A stretch of DNA of 58,627 nucleotides, the filler included, from Trypethelium eluteriae (lineage: Eukaryota): the NCBI GenBank assembly GCA_051942245.1. It is 4 parts of 4 records of this genome, joined end to end, with 100 filler letters (N's around TTAATTAATTAA, not from the genome) between each part and the next. Parts side by side here need not be neighbours in the genome. Positions count along the whole stretch, not along the records: positions 44,090 to 58,627 come from JAVECL010000684.1; 3 more parts are not named here. The stretch is one strand, 5' to 3'. This document shows positions 49,636 through 58,627 of this stretch, in pieces. A program made the position numbers and the translations under genes. Position 1 is the first letter of the stretch, and each line of letters starts with the position of its first letter. The notes under the pieces were generated by a model. That model saw nothing but the letters and a program-made list of their open reading frames with translations, made no database searches and was not told where the DNA came from.

Positions 49636-51149
49636 GGTCGAGAGATTTGAGCTGACTGTAGAGATCAGATACAAGTGTACTGAACTCAGATACAACGGTA
49701 TGAGTATCCCTATTATACCTTTAGGAAGTGGAAATTAATAAAGTCACAGAGGTGTGTGGTGATAATACAGGGAAATTTAGCTAGCACTACCATCGATGCT
49801 TTATAAGACCAGCAAAGAGACATATAGTCCAGCCCAACATTAGAATCCAGTACCCTGATCTTGAAAACACTACATAATCAATCCTATACCGGGGCTATTC
49901 GGAGACTTATCCACGATCGGATGCATCTCGGGAACATACTGGTTTCTGAAAAGGGTTAGAGCGTTCTTAATACCCACAACACTTTCAGTTAAGCCTAGAA
50001 CTAACGCCTCCACGATAAAGAGTAGCTAAAGTGGAGCACTGGATTCATCGACATCGAGACCGGTGAGGGAGGAGTTGCATCTATCCTTCCCATATTTGTC
50101 AAATAGTGCATGTCAATGATTACTCCCTATTCCGTCTCTCGTGAATTACAGTTAGTAGCTCATGCTAAGTTTGTAGTATGGAACGCTACTCCAGAATTGA
50201 AAGCTACGGGCAGACATTTTTGAGATGCATTCACTAGAAATTACCGTCCTATCTCCCTTCCATGAGCATTAGGCTTCTTGATGATTTGTGAAGCTGAACG
50301 CTCATACTTTGCTTAATGGCTTGAATCTCGTGAAGTGGAGTGGATCACTCGTCTGACGATGTTCAAGAATCCAAGCCTACATTACATTGATGAATTTAGC
50401 GTGTCTGAGTTATACCAGAGGGAAAAGCCAGTGACTTACAGCATTCCTTTTTCCTGTGCCAAGACAAACAACGGTATGAGTTGTCCGTACAGGCTCCATA
50501 ACCAGTCACGATTACGTGCATAGTCAGAAAAGGCCACATCGTCGATGCAAACATTCACAGACGATCTTCACAAGCCAGCCAAGCCTGTCTGTGTTTATGC
50601 AGACCCTTCAAGGAGTTCACCGGCGCGCACACAAAAACAGCAGGTGACTGCGTCCGATTATCCGATATCTCAACATACATTGGGGTGTTCTTATTTAGGA
50701 TGTGGTCAATTGTGACTTGACGTAAAAATCTTCTCCCACCCAAGAGTGTCTTGAAATCTGATTTGCTACATCCTTAAGCAGATTGCTTTGTCACGCTTAG
50801 GCATCTCCACTATAGGACGCGAGACATCGGAAGCAGAAGACTATTGTACTATTGTTCTGCATCAATGAACAAGCTTCTTGACCGGTGCTTCGTTGATAAG
50901 GACTCACCGCTAATTCTCGTTTGGCACATGTGCTGAGTCTGAAGTTTTTCATATTCTGGGAGAGTTGAACATGTTGCTATTGCAAATTTAACGTTGACCA
51001 ATCATCCCTTACTTTGTGCCTCAGCATGTAAGATATCTGAAGGTTTGCAAATTCTTAGCTTGCCTTTGATATCCTCAGATGCACCATCTTTTTTCGGCTC
51101 TTAGTCTTACTTCGGCATATCTGAGGAAGAGTACGGAATAAGAACAACA

Positions 51150-52165
51150 ATGCCAAAGAGCTTCGAGTCTGAGCGACAGGGCAGCTTCGATGCTCCTCTA
51201 CTACCCACGGAAGAAAAGCTTACCGAGCACGCGGACGACAGGGCGAGCAAAAGTACGAGAAAATCAGTTACACGCCTCTATTGGCATGTCTTCATCCATT
51301 TACTGTTATTCACACTTTACACTTCCGCACTCTATGTGGCGAGCGGATGGTTCAGCAATCAGCATTGTCATGAGCCGTTGGTGTACTGTAAGTCAAACCT
51401 TGCTTCTATGAGGCTGGGATACTCTGCTAACATCGTGAGAACAGCACCAGCCCAAGAAGCAATTTCATACCACAAAGTGAATTTCAATAGCGATCTTTTT
51501 TACAGCAGTCGCTTTAGAGGCCCTCCACGTCCTGAATTAGATGCTGCTTGGCATGATTTGCTCGAAAACTCTAACATACGCCTCAGTAGCGAAGAGCTCA
51601 GAAGGCTGGGAAAGTCGTCTGTAGCACTTGCTGATGGATCCGGATACTATGGGGCTCTGAACGTGCACCACCATTTGCATTGCTTGGTAAGGAATTGCTA
51701 TTTGCCGTGGTTTCGAGGAAAGCTGACCAAAGAAAAAAAACAAGAAATCTGTGCGACAGTATGCTCACCAAGAGTACTACAATATCACAAACGCTGATAA
51801 AGAGGAGCATCTTGGTAAGTCACCTATCTTGTTTAACAAATTTGGATTAGGTTTACTGAGAAAACTCAGATCATTGCCTGGACGACATTCGTCAAGCTCT
51901 CATGTGCCACGCCGACATCTCTGTCTTCACATATGACTGGATCCCGAGTTATCGGAAACCGTTACCCAACTTCAAGGTTGCACACGAATGTGTTGATTGG
52001 GAGCTTCTCGGAAACTGGACAAGAGAAAGGTCTTTCTCATTATACGATCAGAAGTCTCTGATACATCCGGACCTCGGTGTATCCTTCCCTAAGGCTAATG
52101 GAACAGTCGAAGCGAATGCATGGAATCTTGACAGGCGGCTGATATTTCCTGACAAAGTACATTAA
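51150..52165 (+). CDS. DUF3328 / UstYa-family oxidase (peptide cyclase), 281 aa, 3 introns
   Basis: N-terminal TM helix, YSPAQEAISY, FRGPPRPELDAAWHDLL, two HxxHC motifs (LNVHHHLHCL and EEHLDHCLDDIRQALMCHAD) and HECVDWE. Introns 51388-51444, 51687-51744 and 51815-51869 give an intact frame. Confidence 0.93.
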
Positions 52166-53845
52166 TGTACAAATTTAGCTGAAGATGGAGGAAGGGAAGC
52201 GTTAAGGACATTTGATTGAAGACATCACAGGTGTGACTTCCAGTGTAGGCGAACAACAATGAAACAACCATTTCCGTGTTCGAGTTGAACTCAATAATGA
52301 ATACTATCGGGTGTATGATCTCAGCATGTGATTTCTTTTACGAGAAGCTCCTCAAGCGAGATTTCGGCTGGGCTTGGAGTCCATTGCCTACCCCTTCCAT
52401 GAACCTAGATGACCCGATTTGGTGCATGTAGTTTCAGGTCGCAAGCGAAATGAACTCAAGACAGCGTCACATAATAACTGGTATCCTGATGTCATCATCA
52501 GCATCATAGATTCCACGGATGACGTTTGCATGATCCATGCCGCTCAAGATATCCTTGAGCGAATCCATTCTCGGTCAATGATAATGAAAGTTGCTAGTAG
52601 GATAAGGTGAAAAATCGTGGAGGTCACACCACCGTTTACGATAGCGGGGTTGGAGTACACTCCAAAAGATCTGACTTGCTTAGTAGTGAGCCGAACCCTT
52701 TTTGCATGTATGCCACGTCGTAATTGCAGAACTCTGGGTCCAGACCGGTGAGAGCGGAGTAGAAGTATTTTGTGACTGGCCAAGAGACAGGGCCCTGCCG
52801 CTTGAACTGTGGAATGGTAAAGGTACAGGAAACCGCAACCTAAATTTTGTTTACCTCCTCGGCGGATGCGTCTATGTACTGATTCATAAGTCAACCAAGT
52901 CATTTTACACAAGTAAATGACACCATACCCAATGTCCTGACGCAATGGCATTTACTTGACACAGCTTTCATTTCCATCCAGTCAAGGTTGCTATTCCTAC
53001 GTCTGTCAACGGACCTACCAGTACCAACGATAACTCCACTATATATATCGATATGCACCTGAAATCGTACTTCTCTAGCCGAAAAGTTTTCCCTTTAGAT
53101 CGCCAATAAGTGTACCACAAGCTAAGGCGAAAATGCTGAGGGTGCGAGGAAATGATCGATGACAGATAACTGATAAAACAAAAGACTACTGCATACATAG
53201 CTTGATATGAATAAGAGGGGGAATCTCATTTTGTAGATAAAGCAATCTGGTCGGCTTTGAGGCAAGGTCCCTATGAAGCAGTCCAGCCAACTCTTTCACG
53301 AGATCAGTCCTGACTGCTACTTAAATATACCAGTGGACATATTAACAAATCCTGGGAACCAAAGGAAACGTGGTTAGCTACACTTGTCCACTACTGTAAT
53401 GGTATGAGCAGAGTGCCATTTCAGATGATGGAAACGAGCTCGCCAGCGGGAAATGCAGAGCGGACTTGCTCGACGGCGGTAACCTCATTGCATCTCTTGC
53501 AGAGGATTAAATCGTCAGCTCAATGCATGAAATCGACTTGATCTATCGATGTGCTTATGTATTTGAACAAGTCAATACCTGATTTACATGCATGCATTGA
53601 ACACATTAGAGGCACAAGGGAGATTTGTGTAGTCAATGTGAGGCTGCAGTAACTTCAAGATAATTTCTCAATCGGCGGATTAGTATGTGGAAGAACACTG
53701 GCTCCAAGGCTGATAATAGCGGGAACGAGAGGCTAGACAAACGTCAACATTCAGGTGCGATAATCTTCAAATGTAAGTAATCCAAGATGAAGTAAGGGGG
53801 AATGGAAAAAGAAACGCAAAAAAAAGGAAGAGAACGAAACAAGTT

Positions 53846-53917
53846 AGCTGTGACCTGGAATCGAACCAGGGGCCCTAAGATCTGCAATCTCATGATCTAC
53901 CGCTGATCTACCACAGC
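53846..53917 (-). tRNA. tRNA-Cys(GCA), intronless
   Basis: GCTGTGG TA GATC AGCGGTA GATC A TGAGA TT GCA GA TCTTA GGGCC CCTGG TTCGATT CCAGG TCACAGC T; 72-nt cloverleaf with a T-rich terminator downstream. Confidence 0.95.
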
Positions 53918-55621
53918 TAGAACTAAGAAAGCGTGATCCTTGTTTTCAATTATAACTGTAAACAGCAATAGCCATTAGCGCATTCCAGAAGCAAAGCGGG
54001 TGTAAGTAATGCCCACTACTCGAAGCATGTTGTCAAGCTAACTTAATCGCTTCTGTTGCTGACTATTCCTGGAAGGCTTCTAGGCAAAATGGTCGCATCG
54101 CAGCCAGTTGTGCAACTTGCTGAAGAGCATGTAGAGCAAGGTCCATTGCGCTGCACAAACACCGCCCGATCAGTCTCGTGGAACTTTCAAGCCGGTACCG
54201 GTCGAAACGAGAGCATTCAGATATTCGGACTTATAGCTGTATCCTAAATCGGCTAAAGCCTCTTTGCTCTCACCCAAGCCGTGGACCACATTAAATGGGT
54301 TGACTGCGCAGATTTGTGGGTGTTCCGTTTTGAATCCCCTTACATAGCGACCCTGCCCACCCATACGGCGCTCTCTCGACGCTCAAATCATAGCTGCACC
54401 AGCCCTTCCTTCTTCCACCACGATAGCAGTAGCAGCATCACTATCGGCAGCGACACGCGCTTCTCATCTCAGCTTCATTGCCCGTCCCTCAGCCCCAACC
54501 TCGGCAGCTGTGTGACAGTCTGCCTAGTATCCGACCTGATCAACCACGACACATCCAAGAACCGGCTGGTCGTATCGTTGCGTCAGAATTCCTAGCAGAA
54601 AGTCAGACAATGATAGCAGCTGTAAGAGTCGGCGGAAGGAGAGGGCGCTGAGGAGGAGCAAGGCAGATCGGATCAAGAGCCGGTCGACAGAGACGGAGAG
54701 GGAGAGGGAGGAGAAGAGGACTGCAGTTGCAATGAAATCTTCTGAAAAGGTGAGGAGATTGAGATCGGTGTCTGCTCGCGGAGCGGTGAGGGTCAAGCGG
54801 GATTGGTGTGCAGAAATGGAAGTCGATTATGATATAGAATCCAATCAAGGATGGATTTGAATGCGACGATGGGACAAGAGCTTGGCGATCTCAAGGTTGA
54901 TGCGACCTTTCATCCCTTTTGCGTGTCCAATATTTTAATCAATTTCAGCACGGTCGGGTGGTCGGGTGCTCTACAGCCGGGTACGGAAACGCTAGCAAGC
55001 CTCAGATGCGGCTAACCTCGATCGCGAATACGAACCTTGTGTGTCTCTTCCGGCAAGGTCATTTCTCGTGTACGCATTCGTGAGACCTCATGATGGGAGG
55101 GACGTCCCCGGATATATATACGCAATAAGGAGCAGCATGCCTGACCACCTTCATCTCGGAATGGAGATCCACGACATCACACACGTCGTAGACAGCAGAT
55201 ACGGTGGAAGGCTGTATGGTTAAACATTCATCTTTACTGTGCGATTTCGACGATCGGTCAACATGCGGTGCAAAGGTAGTAAGGTATGGAAATCATAATT
55301 GTGCCTTTTGCTACCCTTCGAGACACGAGATATCGTGGACTGCGCAGTCAACGCAATGGCAGGCGCACCTTAGCCAGCTGCGCCCGTCTATTCGCTTCAT
55401 TGCCATGGCTCTTTCTTAGACTCTTGCTGCATGGTAGCTGCCTGGGCATACTCGCATGGCTGTCAGATATGAAATGGAGTTTACTTCCTTGTCTCTTTCC
55501 AACCGGCGCCTACGACTATCTATCAATGCACACGGTCATCGTTCAGGCTGCAGCTGGTGGCCTGTAGTGCAATCTCTCCTCCTTCGAAACTGAAAGCTTT
55601 CCCATCTGTTACTCAACTCAA

Positions 55622-58600
55622 ATGCTCTCACGAGGTTCTAGCAACGCCGGTAATCGCCTTCGCCGGGCAAAATCTGGCTCTTCCACCGCTTCGAAGCATC
55701 AGCAACCATCAACACCATCCCTTGACCCAGCCGTGGCACGTCAATATGCAGAAGTTGCTGCCGCCACGGCCTATGAACGTGCCCTTGGGGCCAAACAGAA
55801 TATTCGGTCGAACGCAGATAATAACAAAATCAACTGTATCAGCAGATCTCAAGGCAGTCACCTGCAAAGCTCTCTAGCTGCCGCCCGTCTACAGCCAGAT
55901 GTCAGCTGCTCATCTCAGGATTGCAATGCAACTAACGAGTATCCTAAAACACCCAAGAGGCTTGCGAGGTCGGATCCCATTTCTAAAGCGCAAAGTCTTA
56001 TCGAATTCGACTCTCAGCTCAAAACACCACATACTGCCGAGGAAGATCATGCGACGGAGCCATCATCATTCCGTAGGATTCGAAAATCGAGATCGCTTTA
56101 CTTGACCAGCGAACCTCAGCCTGCCATTCGGGAGGGAGCATTTGCGGACCGGGTACCCAAAAAGGATAGCTCAGGTATGAAGAGTGTATTGAAAAGGTCC
56201 CGAATCTCCTTGCATACCTCTCAATCGTCAGACCTCGCAGCTCAGCTCAACGGACAAAGGGCAAATGAAGACGCTACAGATCGTGAACTCGTCGCTCGCG
56301 CACGTGATAAGATATTTCAACAGCTTCACACCCGCCGTCTCCGCGAAAGCACTTCATTCATGGCATTATCACGCTCCTTCAAGAAGAGACAAGATGACCA
56401 GAAGGAAAATTGGGAGCATAAAGACGCCACTACATACGACAAAATACCGCCCCCGGAAAGGGACCAGCAGTCACCCCGAACAACGGCACGTCTGAGAGAC
56501 AGGGCTAGGGTTCTGTCAGCACCGCTAGCAAATTCCTTCAAACGTTTTCTACGAAGGTCTTCGACAAGCTCTGACTTTCCCGCTCAGCAGACAGAAGCCA
56601 GCAGGCTGTATTTTGAACCGTCGAAGGTTCCGAACGAGAGCCCATCTGCTCAGGTCCTTCCTCCAGAAAGTGGAGGATCGCAAGCAAGCACTGATGTTTC
56701 TCAATCGTCCATAATGAGAGTGAAACACCCAATTCTGGCTATCAACTCTATTACACCCAGTCAATACTCCACCAGTGGCGCCACTTCTTCACTTGGTCGT
56801 TCTCGAGTCACAAGTTGGTCTGATTCAACTGTCGCAAATACGGTCGGAACAGCTATATCTCAACAACTTCCAGTGATCAACGAGCATGCGAGCATCCCGG
56901 ACCCTGCTTCGTTCTATGAACAGAAGCCTTCAATCAGTGTCAAACCGCTATTTAAGCAGCAAGGGTCCAGGAATTCGAGGATTTCGGAGAACAGCGAGAA
57001 AAAACCCTCGAACACAACACAGCGTATTTATTCGGCACTGATGAAAAAGACCGAACATTCCAGTACAGACAACGAGGAGACACAGTTAGCATCCTCAACC
57101 CATTCTCCGGACACAAAACCAGCGTTCGATTTATTGCCTTCTCGAAGACAATTTCCGAAGCTTTCTCGCCGAGGCAGGCTGTCCAAAGGTACCATTCGTA
57201 CAGTCACGCCTGACAGTTACGCTGCCAAACTGAGAAGAATTTCTATTGACAAGTCTCTTCAGCTACGAAAAGACATTTCTATATCGCTTGATGAGTGTCA
57301 ATCGACTGGTATTCCAGCAGATGGAGGATCCACAACATTGCTGAATGATGATGGCACTCTGACCACAGGTGAAGAGATTAGTGTTCCCATAGGTGCAAAT
57401 CCGTGGGCACCCACTACTGCTAGCCCCACGAAGGATCTACTTGAACAACGAGCTTGTAGAGCAAGAAACAGGTGGAAGACTCCTCTTAAAGACGGAGGCT
57501 CACCGTTCTTTTCTTCGCGCATGACTCGACATTCTCCTAGTGAATTTCCTTACGAGCTGCGACCTAATCATCATTCTGTTCGATTACACAAGAGCCAAGC
57601 TGAACTCTCGCGAGACGTTTTCAATGATCGTTACGGGGATGAACACCACTTGAGTGGCTTCGACAGAACAAGACTAGGGAGGGAAATGATGTCGCCAAGT
57701 ATATACTCCAGAGATACCGACGGGCAATCGAAGCAGCAACTGAGTCCGGCCTCGAAGCAGAGTGGAACTGAGACAACAATCACTATTACAAAACACGACG
57801 TTCAGAACGTTCCAATCACATCCACACAGAAGAGTCCTTCTCATCCAAGATTATCTTCGCAGTCGACCAGTGACTGGAGAGCGTGGCTTACACAAGAGAT
57901 TCCAGGCCTGGACTTTTCTGCAGAAATTACTATATCCGAGGTTAATGAGGACTCAGGCGGTGTGGCGGAAGGGTTACGCCTCGGAGGAGAGCAGGCCCAT
58001 AGTTTCTCTGGCCACCAGAGAGAAACGGCGGAAATCGTAACTCCAGAAGAGCAGGCTAGGGACGGTGTACCTGGTGGCAATGCAATAAATCACGGTTCGA
58101 CACAAAAGGCAAAAGAAACACAGGTTCGCTGTCTGCGGCAATCCACGACTTCGTGCGAGGATTTCGATAGCGATGGACGGAAAGAGGCTGCAAGGGCCTG
58201 CGGGAAAAAGGCAAGAGAGCGACTGCAAGAAAAGACATCCAGCCAAATGAATGAAAGACTTCTGACACCGAATATCGTCGTATCTTCGAATACCTCGGAT
58301 TCAAGAGGTGCTCAGAACGCTTCTCTAAAGAGTCTCGTATCCACGTCACCTTCACCAATGCAACACTCTCGCATTTCAAAATCTACTCCACCGGCTACGT
58401 CGGCATATGGATCAAGTCCTTTGCAAAAATCCACCAACGATTCGAAAGCACCGCACCAACCCAGTGCCCGTCCGCCAAGTCACTCAACCCTCACACGCAG
58501 CGCTCCATCGCCAGCCGACCCGACTCCCACACTACGCGGAACGCCCACATCCAGCACCCAACCCAACCTCCCCTCTCACCAATCTCCCACCAAACCCGTC

Positions 58601-58627
58601 TACGAGTTCCGTTCCACCAGCGGCAGA
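55622..58627 (+). CDS. Long Ser/Thr/Pro-rich hypothetical protein, at least 1002 codons, runs off the window end
   Basis: Starts MLSRGSSNAGNRLRRAKSGSS...DPAVARQYAEVAAATAYERA. The same frame is seen at LGRSRVTSWSDST (about 56800) and at the window end. It is absent from the ORF track, presumably because it has no stop within the window. Confidence 0.75.
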   Translation, partial: MLSRGSSNAGNRLRRAKSGSSTASKHQQPSTPSLDPAVARQYAEVAAATAYERALGAKQNIRSNADNNKINCISRSQGSHLQSSLAAARLQPDVSCSSQDCNATNEYPKTPKRLARSDPISKAQSLIEFDSQLKTPHTAEEDHATEPSSFRRIRKSRSLYLTSEPQPAIREGAFADRVPKKDSSGMKSVLKRSRISLHTSQSSDLAAQLNGQRANEDATDRELVARARDKIFQQLHTRRLRESTSFMALSRSFKKRQDDQKENWEHKDATTYDKIPPPERDQQSPRTTARLRDRARVLSAPLANSFKRFLRRSSTSSDFPAQQTEASRLYFEPSKVPNESPSAQVLPPESGGSQASTDVSQSSIMRVKHPILAINSITPSQYSTSGATSSLGRSRVTSWSDSTVANTVGTAISQQLPVINEHASIPDPASFYEQKPSISVKPLFKQQGSRNSRISENSEKKPSNTTQRIYSALMKKTEHSSTDNEETQLASSTHSPDTKPAFDLLPSRRQFPKLSRRGRLSKGTIRTVTPDSYAAKLRRISIDKSLQLRKDISISLDECQSTGIPADGGSTTLLNDDGTLTTGEEISVPIGANPWAPTTASPTKDLLEQRACRARNRWKTPLKDGGSPFFSSRMTRHSPSEFPYELRPNHHSVRLHKSQAELSRDVFNDRYGDEHHLSGFDRTRLGREMMSPSIYSRDTDGQSKQQLSPASKQSGTETTITITKHDVQNVPITSTQKSPSHPRLSSQSTSDWRAWLTQEIPGLDFSAEITISEVNEDSGGVAEGLRLGGEQAHSFSGHQRETAEIVTPEEQARDGVPGGNAINHGSTQKAKETQVRCLRQSTTSCEDFDSDGRKEAARACGKKARERLQEKTSSQMNERLLTPNIVVSSNTSDSRGAQNASLKSLVSTSPSPMQHSRISKSTPPATSAYGSSPLQKSTNDSKAPHQPSARPPSHSTLTRSAPSPADPTPTLRGTPTSSTQPNLPSHQSPTKPVYEFRSTSGR

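Noticed and set aside
49168..49695. 175-aa ORF-track protein as the true precursor
   Set aside because: It reads through the 65-nt intron and translates the repeats in the wrong frame (KMLCGSVAR). The spliced frame gives the KR-delimited units.
53990..54860. Possible spliced small gene next to tRNA-Cys
   Set aside because: Intron-like signals are present, but no consistent open frame or recognisable product.

Overview
Eukaryotic DNA from a filamentous ascomycete (GT-AG introns with CTRAC branch sites, Zn2Cys6 factors). Three identical artificial spacers (44 N + TTAATTAATTAA + 44 N) split the window into four blocks of about 14.6 kb, so linkage is only meaningful within a block. Block 1 (1-14615): a large CHAT (caspase-like) protease gene head-to-head with a beta-rich orphan, a small MazG-like ORF, a GPI-type aspartic protease, a Zn2Cys6 factor and a palindromic MITE-like element. 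Block 2 (14716-29325): an Acr-2-like Zn2Cys6 factor, a compact protocatechuate/3-oxoadipate cluster (chdA-cmcA-prcA), an aquaglyceroporin and a type-2 asparaginase. Block 3 (29426-43989): housekeeping and mitotic genes (unknown protein, sgo1, dad2, ypi1, crm1, FAD oxidoreductase). Block 4 (44090-58627) holds the two most striking items. One is a minimal two-gene fungal RiPP (dikaritin-type) locus: a secreted Kex2-repeat precursor with Trp-ended xxx(E/Q)DA(V/I)W-KR units, divergent from a DUF3328/UstYa oxidase. The other is a tRNA-Gln(UUG) gene interrupted by a 99-nt spliceosomal-type intron in the D-arm as well as a canonical 13-nt anticodon intron. Block 4 also has a tRNA-Cys and a long ORF running off the end. 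Family calls come from motif recognition by eye; no database searches were run.
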